Assembly: GCA_034428435.1 (NCBI GenBank)
Contig: DAOUHY010000265.1
Location: 16,408-80,407, forward strand
Direction: 5' to 3'
Source: Caldilineaceae bacterium
GTDB lineage: Bacteria > Chloroflexota > Anaerolineae > Caldilineales > Caldilineaceae
DNA: 64,000 nt
Each line of letters starts with the position of its first letter. Positions within the stretch are counted from its first letter, which is position 1. The notes under the pieces were generated by a model. That model ran no database searches and had not been told where the DNA came from. It saw only the letters and a program-made list of their open reading frames with translations. Positions 33,155-43,476 of this stretch are shown here, piece by piece. Both the position numbers and the translations under genes were made by a program.

Positions 33155-35410
33155 TCATCTGCGCGGACGGCCCCCGTTTCTCATACTGCGGTCGCGGTCG
33201 CGGTCGCGGTCGCGGCGTCCACCTCTGTCGCGGTCGCGGCCGCCGCCGCGGCGCCCACCGCGGTCGCGGTCACGAGCTTCCTCTGCACTCCAACCTTCCA
33301 ATACAGCTTGCCGGCTCAACCGAATTTTGCCTGCGGGATCGATGTCGATCACCATGGTTGTGAGTTCATCGCCGACGTTGGCGATTTCTTCCACGTTATT
33401 GACCCGGTAGTCGGCCAACTGACTGATGTGTACCAACCCGTCCACGCCGGGCAGCAGGTTGACAAATGCACCGTAGGCTTCGACTCTCACCACCTGTCCG
33501 GTGTAGATTTTGCCTATTTCGACCTCTTCGGTCAGAGATTCGATTTCGCGGCGGGCCTCTTCGGCAGCGAGACCGTTAAGGCCGGAGATAAACACCGAGC
33601 CGTCGTCGTCGATATCGATTTTAACCTCGTATCGTTCCTGCAGGGCTCGAACTGTCTTGCCGCCCGGGCCGATGATCTTGCCGATCTTCTCCGGGTCGAC
33701 GCTCACTGTCAGGATACGCGGCGCGTAGGGGCTTAGCTCCTCACGGGATTCGGGGAGAACCTCCAGCATCTTTTGCATTATGTGAAGGCGCCCCTGGCGG
33801 GCCTGCTCCAGCGCGATGCGCAGGATCTCGAAGTCCAGTCCTTTGATCTTGAGATCCATTTGCAAGGCAGTGATGCCATGACTGCTGCCGGCGACTTTGA
33901 AGTCCATGTCGCCGAGATGATCTTCGACGCCCTGGATATCGGACAACACCACGTAGTCCCCGGAGTCCTGGTCCTGCACCAAGCCCATTGCAATGCCGGA
34001 AACAGGGGCATCGATTGGGACGCCAGCGTCCATGAGCGCCAGCGTGCTTCCGCAGACTGAGCCCATGCTGGTCGAACCGTTACTGCTGACAGCCTCGCTC
34101 ACCAAGCGCAGGGTGTAGGGGAAATCTTCAGGAATAACGGTCTGCAGGGCACGTTCGGCGAGGGCGCCATGACCGATTTCGCGGCGTTTTGGACCCCTCA
34201 TGGGATAGGCTTCGCCGGTCGAATAGGGTGGGAAGTTGTAGTGATGGATATAGCGTTTTTCTTCTTCCGGCTGCAATGTGTAGAGGCGCTGGGCATCGCC
34301 CGGCGTGCCAAGTGTAGCAATTGTCAGGACGTGCGTTTCGCCGCGCATAAAGAAGCCGCTGCCGTGGACACGGGGAATGTTCCCCACCTGAACCCGGATC
34401 GGTCGTACGGTCTGGGGGTCGCGGCCATCGGGTCGGACGCTCTCGTCCAGGATGCGTCTGCGAACTGCGTCCTTGTAGAGGTTGTCCAACGTGTCGTCCA
34501 CGTCTCCGGCTTCGACCTCTCCTGTTCCGATCGGTTCGGACAGGGCCTCCATGGTTTCGTCGCGGATCGCGGCGAGGCGGGACTTGCGTTCGTCACGGTC
34601 CGTTGTCCCGGCCACGGCTGTCGCGACTTTGTCACGCGCCAGCTGGTTCACCTGTTCGACAGTGTGATCGGCAGCTATGAAGACGGGATAGTCGGTATGT
34701 TTTTCTTTGCCGACGTCTGCCTGCATCTGCTGAATCGTCTGAATCGCCGGCTGCATCGATTCATAGGCCAAACGCAGCCCATCCAGCATGATATCTTCCG
34801 GGAGCTCGTTTGCGCCGGCTTCCACCATCAGGATATTGTCGGCCGTACCGGCAACCTGCAGGCCGAGAGTGCTCAACTGCATATCGGAAGCTGTCGGGTT
34901 GACAACAAACTCGCCGTCAACATAGGCGACTGAAGCTGCGCCAACGGGCCCATCCCAAGGAATGTCGCTGATTGACAGGGCAGCTGAAGCTGAGATGATC
35001 GCCAGTGGGTCGATCAGGTGCTCGTTGTCAGAACTGAGCGCGGTGAGGATGATTTGAACTTCGTTGCGCATACCCTTTGGGAAGAGCGGGCGCAGGGGCC
35101 GGTCCACCAGGCGGCAGAGGAGGATCGCCTGTTCGCTAGGCCGGCCTTCACGGCGGAAGAGGTTGCCAGGAATACGTCCGGCGGCGTAGAGTTTTTCTTC
35201 AAAATCGACGGTTAAGGGAAAGAAGCCGATTCCCGGCCTCACGCCTCTATCCATCGTGGCAGTGGCGAGGATTACCGTGTCGCCGCACCTGACGGTGACG
35301 GCGCCGCCTGCCTGCTGGGCAAGGATACCCGTCTCGATACTAAGCTCTTTGTCGCCCAAAGTCGTCGTATAGGTTTGGGCGCCTTCAAACAATCTGAATT
35401 GGTCCATCAT
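33155..35410 (-). CDS. pnp: Polyribonucleotide nucleotidyltransferase (PNPase) with Arg/Asp/Gly-rich C-terminal tail
   Basis: [10 protein letters not shown] domain [16 protein letters not shown]1 domain [18 protein letters not shown], and tail [29 protein letters not shown]. Confidence 0.97.
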   Translation of the reverse strand: MMDQFRLFEGAQTYTTTLGDKELSIETGILAQQAGGAVTVRCGDTVILATATMDRGVRPGIGFFPLTVDFEEKLYAAGRIPGNLFRREGRPSEQAILLCRLVDRPLRPLFPKGMRNEVQIILTALSSDNEHLIDPLAIISASAALSISDIPWDGPVGAASVAYVDGEFVVNPTASDMQLSTLGLQVAGTADNILMVEAGANELPEDIMLDGLRLAYESMQPAIQTIQQMQADVGKEKHTDYPVFIAADHTVEQVNQLARDKVATAVAGTTDRDERKSRLAAIRDETMEALSEPIGTGEVEAGDVDDTLDNLYKDAVRRRILDESVRPDGRDPQTVRPIRVQVGNIPRVHGSGFFMRGETHVLTIATLGTPGDAQRLYTLQPEEEKRYIHHYNFPPYSTGEAYPMRGPKRREIGHGALAERALQTVIPEDFPYTLRLVSEAVSSNGSTSMGSVCGSTLALMDAGVPIDAPVSGIAMGLVQDQDSGDYVVLSDIQGVEDHLGDMDFKVAGSSHGITALQMDLKIKGLDFEILRIALEQARQGRLHIMQKMLEVLPESREELSPYAPRILTVSVDPEKIGKIIGPGGKTVRALQERYEVKIDIDDDGSVFISGLNGLAAEEARREIESLTEEVEIGKIYTGQVVRVEAYGAFVNLLPGVDGLVHISQLADYRVNNVEEIANVGDELTTMVIDIDPAGKIRLSRQAVLEGWSAEEARDRDRGGRRGGGRDRDRGGRRDRDRDRDRSMRNGGRPRR

Positions 35411-35462
35411 TTTTCACCTCGAAGTGAATATTGCGCCGCTCTGCGCAAAGGTAGAGCGGGCA

Positions 35463-35523
35463 GGTGGGGCCACCGGTTCGTGCTGGTACCAGAACCGGCA
35501 ACGCATCCGACGTTGCCGCCACC
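35463..35523 (-). promoter_or_regulatory. Structured element in the pnp leader (two adjacent hairpins enclosed by GGTGG/CCACC)
   Basis: CCGGTTC (35473-79)/GAACCGG (35492-98), CAACG (35499-503)/CGTTG (35511-15), with outer GGTGG (35463-67)/CCACC (35519-23). It lies 53-110 nt upstream of the pnp ATG. Confidence 0.3.
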
Positions 35524-35937
35524 CGCATACGAATTCGCTGTTCTGAATAGCAGGCGGTGCTACTCGCTGTTCATCATCGCAACGAAATCTCTGAGCATTG
35601 TTTCGAGGTGCGGAACTGGAGGACGGAACGAAGCGATCGATCGCGAGCGCGAAGGGCTCTATCAACGATGGCTTCGGTCCATTCTCCAATGCCGGACCTC
35701 GGAGGCAGAATCTGCCTGTTACAATGCGCTGAGCACGGTGTGCATCTGCGAGCGGCTGGTGGCAGTATTTCTTTTTCGATCTGTCGCGCCGTCGAGCACG
35801 ACCTAGGTATAGATCTGCCGGGGGCAGGGCACGGCCTACTGCGTAGAGGCTAAGGGGCCGTGACTTGAGAAGGCACCCGGCGAGAGCATCCATGACCGAT
35901 AGGCGAAGGTATTTGCAGCCCGCTCTATCGGTGCCAA

Positions 35938-36207
35938 TTATCGCCGTAGACCAAGCCTCTGAATCAGCTGGCGATAGCGGTTCACATCCTTTCTGGCCAG
36001 GTATGCCAAATGGCGGCGGCGTTGACCGACCAACTTCAACAGGCCACGACGCGACCCTTCATCATGCTTGTGCGCCTTCAAGTGGTCGGTCAGGGCATTG
36101 ATGCGCGTGGTAAGGAGGGCGACCTGCACCTCCGGGGATCCGGTGTCCTGGTCGAAAGTCCGGTATTCCTCAATGATCTTTGTCTTTTCGTCCGTCGAAA
36201 TACTCAT
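35938..36207 (-). CDS. rpsO: 30S ribosomal protein S15
   Basis: 89 aa: [49 protein letters not shown]. The track ORF (to 36336) over-extends; the ATG is at 36207. Confidence 0.97.
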   Translation of the reverse strand: MSISTDEKTKIIEEYRTFDQDTGSPEVQVALLTTRINALTDHLKAHKHDEGSRRGLLKLVGQRRRHLAYLARKDVNRYRQLIQRLGLRR

Positions 36208-36615
36208 GTGGTACTCCTGAACTCCTTTCCTTTTGGACCAGAGAATCCCGAATGCGCTGTCCAATTGTAACCATTCTCTGGAGGGCCGCCTGTTGCGTTG
36301 AGAGAGCCAAATCATCGCTGGAATACCTTGGCGCATGATCCAGCCGGTACTGAATCAGTTTAGCACATGAGCAGACGACTCCCAAACTTTCGCCGTCATG
36401 TCACTATACGTAGAACCTCGTTATGGGGTCGCGTCAGGGCCTTGAGAATCCGAAGTCGCAACAGAATGCTGGGTAGATTCCGGGTGCAGAGACATGGCTC
36501 AACAGTTATCCAAGGTTCTTTTTCGGACGCGGATTCAAGAGATTGACTGGATGGGAATACGACTGGGAGACCACGGCAAGGCGCCAGGAGAATTGACGGG
36601 GCATTGCCGTGGTGT

Positions 36616-37079
36616 AAGGTGCATCCCTGATTTGGGGAGGGAACGGCCTGGCGGGGAATCAGTGCCAGCGGCGGCTGGCGTTGTATAGCGTCTTTGGGCG
36701 AGACGCAGTGCAGGCGCCGGGCCCGGCCGTACGGTGGCGTCCGTCAGTTGGGGAGGGTGCGAGGGCAGGCACATGGCCGGCACCTACGGGGATCTGATGG
36801 GACTGGCGGGACGTGGTCGGGCTGGACACCTTCGATTAGGCACCTGTTACGAACATCGACACCAGGTCGACCAGGGATGTTGTAGGAGAGGGGGCGTTGC
36901 GGGGGCGGAGCCCCCGCACAAGGGAGGGCCGACTAGGCCCGACCGCCCAAAGGCGAGGAGAGAGGGGAGAGGAGTGAGGAGAGAGACGCCGTTTCTTTTG
37001 CCTCAGAGTTGATCGCGGGGTGGCAATGGTTGGTCTGCCGCCAAAAGTATACGAGTGTTCGCCCCTATTTTGGGATGCA
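36616..37079 (+). mobile_element. MITE-like non-autonomous element, copy B
   Basis: Same family as 8197-8632. Ends are AAGGTGCATCCCTGATTTGGGG and CCCCTATTTTGGGATGCA. It is flanked by GCCGTGGTGT at 36606-36615 and 37080-37089. The 73-nt core at 36877-36949 is identical to copy A. Confidence 0.7.
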
Positions 37080-37096
37080 GCCGTGGTGTCGACCTC

Positions 37097-37125
37097 TTGA
37101 AAACAGAATTGGCTGCCCTTATAAT
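37097..37125 (+). promoter_or_regulatory. Predicted sigma70-like promoter (TTGAAA-17-TATAAT)
   Basis: Hexamers at 37097-37102 and 37120-37125. The -35 box starts after a 17-nt gap from the MITE copy B end, about 210 nt upstream of queG. Pattern match only. Confidence 0.4.
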
Positions 37126-37336
37126 GGGCCTGACTTGCTGAACGGTTACTCTGCCTACTTCAAGAGTGCAAGCGGAATCACATTCTCTAACAGTTGTGCC
37201 GGCACTGGCTCTCATGCATCAGGACGGAGTCAGATTGAGGCCGGCTGGGTAGAGAGATGCCGAGCCAAGAGTTGGGTTTGCGCGCCGTTTGATTGGCGTG
37301 AACGGAGAAGACATTCATTGACTGTGTTCCAAAAAG

Positions 37337-38740
37337 GTGTCCATGAGGTCTGACCACAGCTTAACCGCATTGTTAAAGTCCGAAGCGGGACGCTTAGGTT
37401 TCGACTTCTGTCGAATCGTCAAGGTGGATGAAGCGGCGCATGCGGAGTTTTTTGTCCGCTGGCTCGGGCTGGGCCGGGCCGGGGAAATGGCGTACCTGGC
37501 TCGAAATCTACAGAAAAGGCGTAATCCGGCCCTGCTGGCCGAGGAGGGCCCGCCCTTTCGATCGCTTGTCGTGCTGGGCGTTGACTATCATCGCTTCGAT
37601 CTGGCGCCGGAGGTTTTGAGCGACAGGTCGCGCGGCATCATCGCCCGCTATGCCTGGGGGGAGGACTATCACGAGATAATTCGTCCGCTGCTGTATGAAC
37701 TGGATGGCTGGTTGCGAGTCCGGACAGGCCGCTCGACTTTGGGGAAAGGGCTGGTTGATACAGGTCCGGTACTGGAAAGGGACTGGGCGCAACAGGCCGG
37801 CATAGGCTTTACCGGAAAAAACTGCTGTACGATTCACCCAGCGAGGGGAAGCTGGGTCTTTCTGGCAACGCTCCTGGTGCCGGAGGCGCTGGCCAGCGAC
37901 CCGCCTGTGGAAGCGGTTCGCTCGGCAGACTTGAGTGTGGAGGAGACACTTGCGGGCCTACCGGCCGGGGGCGATTACGGGGCGTGGCAGCTGCAAGAGA
38001 ACAGCTGCGTGCCGCCTGTGAATCGTGAGAGCAGTGCTCTCGAATTCGAGGCGGATGCGCGTGCGTCTTCGCCGGTCACTTGCGGTCACTGTACACGATG
38101 CCTGGATGCCTGCCCCACCGATGCCTTTGCAGGCCCGTTTCACCTGGATCCCCAGCGCTGTATATCCTACTGGACGATTGAATCGCGCCAGCCGATTCCG
38201 CGACCGCTGCGGGGCATGTTCGGTAACCGGATTTTCGGGTGCGACATCTGCCAGGAGGTATGTCCCTGGAATCAACGGCTAGCAGAGAGGACGCCTCTGC
38301 TGAAAGGGCTGGAGGCTCAACAGGCGCGCGTCGCGCCGCCGCTGCTGGAGGGTTTCGATCGACGCCTGCCTTACTGGCTTGAGCCTGGCGCTTTCGCCGA
38401 GCGTTGGCGGCGGTCGCCGCTTAAGCGGGCAAAGCGGGCAGGGATGCTGCGCAATGTCTGCATTGCCCTCGGAAACTGGGGCGACACGGCGGCCTTTGCA
38501 GGATTGGAAGCAGCTGCGGCCGACGAATCGGCGCTGGCGCGAGGACACGCGGCCTGGGGGCTGGGTGAACTGCTGCGCCGGCACAACGATGCTCGGGCCG
38601 CGTCCTGTCTTGAATCCCAGCTTGCCGACGAAGCAGATTCGTGGGTAAGGGAGGAGATTGCCATCGCGCTCGGGCGCGGGAATGAAACTTTAGCCGCGAG
38701 CAGGCGTAGAGATGAATATAGCCGAACTGCCGGACACTGA
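37337..38740 (+). CDS. queG: tRNA epoxyqueuosine(34) reductase QueG with C-terminal HEAT-like repeats
   Basis: GIGFTGKNCCTIHPARGSWVFLATLL, and ferredoxin motifs CGHCTRCLDACPTDA and CDICQEVCPWN. The start is the GTG at 37337 or the ATG at 37343. Confidence 0.92.
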   Translation: MSMRSDHSLTALLKSEAGRLGFDFCRIVKVDEAAHAEFFVRWLGLGRAGEMAYLARNLQKRRNPALLAEEGPPFRSLVVLGVDYHRFDLAPEVLSDRSRGIIARYAWGEDYHEIIRPLLYELDGWLRVRTGRSTLGKGLVDTGPVLERDWAQQAGIGFTGKNCCTIHPARGSWVFLATLLVPEALASDPPVEAVRSADLSVEETLAGLPAGGDYGAWQLQENSCVPPVNRESSALEFEADARASSPVTCGHCTRCLDACPTDAFAGPFHLDPQRCISYWTIESRQPIPRPLRGMFGNRIFGCDICQEVCPWNQRLAERTPLLKGLEAQQARVAPPLLEGFDRRLPYWLEPGAFAERWRRSPLKRAKRAGMLRNVCIALGNWGDTAAFAGLEAAAADESALARGHAAWGLGELLRRHNDARAASCLESQLADEADSWVREEIAIALGRGNETLAASRRRDEYSRTAGH

Positions 38741-38781
38741 GTTGCTTTGCATCGCTGTGTCTTCGACAAAGGAGAGCACTT

Positions 38782-39747
38782 ATGGATATTGGACGAGCAC
38801 TGACTTACTTTTCGGAGGACGAACGCTGGGTCGAGAAGACGGCCATCGGCACGGGGTTGCTTCTGATCAGTTCATTGCTCCTCGTGGCGTTGATTGGCGT
38901 TCTTGGCTACTTTATTCTGTTCGGATACCTGGTGCGTCTGCTGCAGAACGTACGAGACGACACGCATCCTGTTCTGCCTGAGTGGGATCGGTGGGGTGAC
39001 GATTTGGTACGCGGGGTGAAGTTGGCCTGCGTCTATGTAGTGTGGGCTCTGCCAATCCTTTTGGTATCCGTTCCTATGTTCATCATCGGAGTGGTCGTCT
39101 CGGAAAACTTTCAGTACGTGGACGAAGACGTTGGAATGATATTCATCCTGTGTTCCCTCTGTTTGCAGTTTCTGGTTGGCATGGCTTTCCTCGTGTTCCA
39201 GCCCGGATTCACGATTGCCTTTGCCAGAAACGAAACGATCAGCGAAGGACTTCAGGTTTCCGAGATCTGGGACTGGACCCGCGACAATATAGGCAATGTT
39301 GCGATCGTCGCGATTCTCACGGTGATTGCCAGCATGATCATTACGACGGTCGGCAGTATTGTGGGACTGATTCTGTGTGTAATCGGCGCTGTCGTGACTG
39401 TGCCCCTGTCGCAGCTGATCATTTACTACTTCCAGAGTCACCTGTACGGTCAACTGGCGCGAGTTACCGGAGAGGGAACAGGGATGAGCCACATCGGGGC
39501 AATGCCGGATGTGGATCTTGACGCCGGCTGGACAGGTGAGCCTGTCGAAGAAAGCGAAGTGTCAGCCGAGATCGTCCCGCCGGAAGTGTTCGACCCACAA
39601 GCAGAGCCAGAGCCGCCGGTAGATCCTGAAATAGCGGTTGAACAGGAAGCGCCAGAAGAGTCAGAGGAGCCAGACGAAGAGATTCAATCCGAGGAGGATG
39701 GGCGGCCTGAAGAGGATGAACCGCCTTCGGAGCCGAAAGGCCAGTAG
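38782..39747 (+). CDS. DUF4013-like membrane protein with acidic Pro/Glu-rich tail
   Basis: MDIGRALTYFSEDERWVEKTAIG...PVLPEWDRWGDDLVRGVKL, several TM helices and an AGGAG RBS. The family assignment is from memory. Confidence 0.75.
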   Translation: MDIGRALTYFSEDERWVEKTAIGTGLLLISSLLLVALIGVLGYFILFGYLVRLLQNVRDDTHPVLPEWDRWGDDLVRGVKLACVYVVWALPILLVSVPMFIIGVVVSENFQYVDEDVGMIFILCSLCLQFLVGMAFLVFQPGFTIAFARNETISEGLQVSEIWDWTRDNIGNVAIVAILTVIASMIITTVGSIVGLILCVIGAVVTVPLSQLIIYYFQSHLYGQLARVTGEGTGMSHIGAMPDVDLDAGWTGEPVEESEVSAEIVPPEVFDPQAEPEPPVDPEIAVEQEAPEESEEPDEEIQSEEDGRPEEDEPPSEPKGQ

Positions 39748-39786
39748 GTGCAGTAACACCCGGGGCAGAGCATCAGGTCCAGATTC

Positions 39787-39832
39787 AAAAAGCCCGTGCG
39801 AGACATTACAGTTTCACACGGGCTTTGTTTTG
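39787..39832. terminator. Bidirectional intrinsic terminator
   Basis: AAAAA-AGCCCGTG (39791-98)...CACGGGCT (39817-24)-TTGTTTTG. It lies between the convergent DUF4013 gene (+) and pdxT (-). Confidence 0.7.
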
Positions 39833-39939
39833 CAGTACACAGTTGCCGGCGACTGAAGGGGGGCATAGGATAGGCACCGATACGCCTCCTGGGATATGCC
39901 GGCTGTCAGTCTTCCCCCTCCGTGGCATTGTTCTCCCTG

Positions 39940-40566
39940 CTAGGGGGAACACGAACGGAATTCGTTAACGATCTGCACGAAATAGCGGTGCCAGCGCAGG
40001 TCGTCGGTTAGCTCGGGGTGAAAGGCCGTTGCCAGAATCGGTCCTTTGCGAACGGCCGCGATCACCGGCTCGGCTTCGTGGCCAAGGGAGGCAACGGTGG
40101 CCAGAGTCTCAACATTTTCGGCGACAGCGGTAATGGCGGGCGCGCGGATGAAGACTGCGTGAAACGGGGTATCTCCCAACGCGGGCACGTCGAGGTCGGC
40201 CTCGAAGCTGTCGACCTGGCGGCCGAAGTAGTTGCGATTGACGGTTACGTCCAGACCGCCGATCAGGGCCTGGCCGCCCAGTTTCTGGCCGGTTGCTTGC
40301 TCCGCCAGCAGAATCATCCCGGCGCAGGTACCCCAAGTGGGCCGCCCACTGTGAACCCATCGGCGCAGCGGCTCAACCAAGCCCCATCGCTCGGCCACCA
40401 GGCCCATACTGGTGCTCTCTCCCCCAGGAATAATCAATCCGTCCAAATGGTCCAGCTCTTTCGCCAGCCGGACTTCCGCGGCCTCGACGTTGAGGCGGTG
40501 CAGCATGGCGATATGTTCACGGAAGGCGCCTTGGAGCGCGAGTACTCCAAAACGAGCTTCGCTCAT
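39940..40566 (-). CDS. pdxT: Pyridoxal 5'-phosphate synthase glutaminase subunit
   Basis: [12 protein letters not shown] and the catalytic Cys context GTCAGMILL. Confidence 0.95.
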   Translation of the reverse strand: MSEARFGVLALQGAFREHIAMLHRLNVEAAEVRLAKELDHLDGLIIPGGESTSMGLVAERWGLVEPLRRWVHSGRPTWGTCAGMILLAEQATGQKLGGQALIGGLDVTVNRNYFGRQVDSFEADLDVPALGDTPFHAVFIRAPAITAVAENVETLATVASLGHEAEPVIAAVRKGPILATAFHPELTDDLRWHRYFVQIVNEFRSCSP

Positions 40567-40792
40567 GTCAAGCTTCTCAGGAGGTTCATTTGGGACGTCC
40601 TTGCGGCGATCGTGATTGAGAGTGGTGGAGGTCCCCAGAAGGACCTGGCGCTAAGAGAAAAGTGATGGAGGAACCTGCATACTAGGACTCACGTTCCTCT
40701 CAGCAGAGGAAGGCACCGAACGCGGTGGCAAGAGTAAGGGAAACTCCTGCCACCGCTACTCATGGAATTGGTGACTTTGGGCGTCGCGCCCG

Positions 40793-41710
<918 letters not shown>

Positions 41711-41965
41711 GGGTCTGTGCCTCCTTTGATGCCACAACGGGTCAGTATTTTTTCTTGCTGCGCGATGAGGGTAAACGCCGCGTAAGGGTCCTGTTCGACC
41801 TCTTGCGCTTGATATTGAATTCTGTTATTGTAGTCAAAGGCCCCCTAAATTTCCAACTTCGCAAAAGCAGCGATCCCGGTCTCAAGGACTGCTCTAAAAT
41901 TCGTTGAAATGGCCCGGTCGATTAAGGTGTCAGTTGGGCAACGTTTACAACTGAGGTCGGCCTAC

Positions 41966-41979
41966 TATTGTGCACAATA
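41966..41979. promoter_or_regulatory. Perfect 14-bp palindrome TATTGTGCACAATA, candidate operator
   Basis: It reads identically on both strands. It lies in the pdxS/amt divergent intergenic region, 141 nt upstream of the amt ATG. Confidence 0.3.
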
Positions 41980-42119
41980 ACCATAGGAATTCCGGCCGTG
42001 CTTCGGCGATGATTGGTTGGTAGCCAAGGGGGTTCCCGCCCGGGGCCCTCTTAGTCAATTCAACCCCACAACAGGTTTACGGACAGCAGGGATTGCCTGC
42101 AACAGGAGGAAATGGGTAT

Positions 42120-43328
42120 ATGGATGGCATCAACTCTGGAGATACTGCCTGGATCATCGTCGCCACCGCCCTGGTGCTGATGATGACGCCGGCGCTCGGT
42201 TTTTTCTACGGCGGAATGGTTCGCCGAAAGAATATCCTCTCCACTCTCAACCTCAGTTTCATAACGATCGGCCTCATTAGCATTCAGTGGGTCATTATTG
42301 GATATACCCTGGCCTTCGGCACCAGTGTCGCCGGGTTGGTTGGCGGACTCGACTACATTGGACTGTCAAATGTCGGAGTTGAGGCGCTGGAAGGGCTGTC
42401 CATTCCCCACCTGCTGTTTGCGGCGTTCCAGATGACATTTGCCATAATCACACCCGCACTGATATCGGGGACGTTCGTGGAACGTATTCGCTTCAAAGTG
42501 TACCTGGTTTTCGCGGTCCTGTGGGCAACGCTGGTCTACGATCCGGTCTGCCATTGGGCCTGGGGCGGCGGCATCTTTGCGCGTTGGGGTGCGCTTGACT
42601 TTGCCGGCGGAACGGTTGTCCACATTACGGCCGGTTTCTCGGCGCTGGCGTTTGCAATGGCCATTCGTAAGCGCAAAGGGTTCGGGCAGGTGGCGATTGA
42701 GCCGCACAATATCGCGTTCACCGTTTTGGGGGCGGGTCTGCTGTGGGTCGGCTGGTTTGGCTTCAACGGAGGCAGCGCCCTTGCGGCCGACGGGCTAGCG
42801 GTACAGGCCCTGGTGAACACGAATACGGCGGCGGCAGCGGCGGCGGTAGTCTGGATGTTCCTGTCCTGGCGTGACAACAAGCCCAGCGTACTTGGGATCG
42901 TGACGGGAGCCGTTGTGGGCCTGGTGGCGATCACGCCCGCGGCCGGTTTCGTTACACCTATGGCGGCGCTCCTGATCGGCGCGATTGCGGCGCCCGTAAG
43001 TTACTACAGCATCGACCTCCGCGAAAAGCGAGGCCTGGACGAGAGTCTGGACGTATGGGCTTGTCACGGGATGGCGGGTACCTGGGGTGCGCTGGCAACC
43101 GGTCTGTTCGCGACGGCGGCCGTCGGCGGAACTGACGGCCTCTTCTACGGCAACCCCACGCAATTCGGCATTCAGTTGATGACAGTAATTGTGACTATCA
43201 TCTACTCGTACACTATTACGTTCATTCTGACCAAGATCCTGGATGCGGTTTGGGGCCTGGCAGTTACCGAGCAGGAAGAGGAGATTGGACTGGACATCAG
43301 CGAGCATGGCGAACGCGCCTATGCGTGA
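42120..43328 (+). CDS. amt: Ammonium transporter
   Basis: DTAWIIVATALVLMMTPALGFFYGGM and DFAGGTVVHITAG. AGGAGGA lies 9 nt upstream of the ATG at 42120. Confidence 0.95.
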   Translation: MDGINSGDTAWIIVATALVLMMTPALGFFYGGMVRRKNILSTLNLSFITIGLISIQWVIIGYTLAFGTSVAGLVGGLDYIGLSNVGVEALEGLSIPHLLFAAFQMTFAIITPALISGTFVERIRFKVYLVFAVLWATLVYDPVCHWAWGGGIFARWGALDFAGGTVVHITAGFSALAFAMAIRKRKGFGQVAIEPHNIAFTVLGAGLLWVGWFGFNGGSALAADGLAVQALVNTNTAAAAAAVVWMFLSWRDNKPSVLGIVTGAVVGLVAITPAAGFVTPMAALLIGAIAAPVSYYSIDLREKRGLDESLDVWACHGMAGTWGALATGLFATAAVGGTDGLFYGNPTQFGIQLMTVIVTIIYSYTITFILTKILDAVWGLAVTEQEEEIGLDISEHGERAYA

Positions 43329-43476
43329 CTAGCGAGGCATGGTGGCGAAGGTTCGTACTTTGAGGAAGTTGAAGATTCTGAAGAAGTTGAAGATATCGAA
43401 GGCAGCGAGAACGGCGAGAAAAGTGAGGTCAGCGAAAGTAGTGAACGGGAGGACGCCTAACCTCCTTCTTGCTAAG

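Noticed and set aside
35414-35893. 159-aa ORF filling the rpsO-pnp spacer.
   Set aside because: It has an Arg-rich, irregular composition, no RBS and no recognisable motif. The region is better explained as a structured leader.
37126-37336. The roughly 210-nt leader between the strong TTGAAA/TATAAT promoter and queG, examined for a preQ1 riboswitch, SRP RNA or another small RNA.
   Set aside because: I found no match to preQ1-I/II or SRP consensus elements as I recall them, no convincing terminator and only trivial micro-ORFs. It may simply be a 5' UTR.
40567-40792. 225-nt gap between pdxS and pdxT with a 9-bp hairpin (GCGGTGGCA...TGCCACCGC), considered as a regulatory RNA or terminator.
   Set aside because: There is no U-tract and no recognisable motif. 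It may be an mRNA-stabilising or processing hairpin, but the evidence is too thin to report as a feature.
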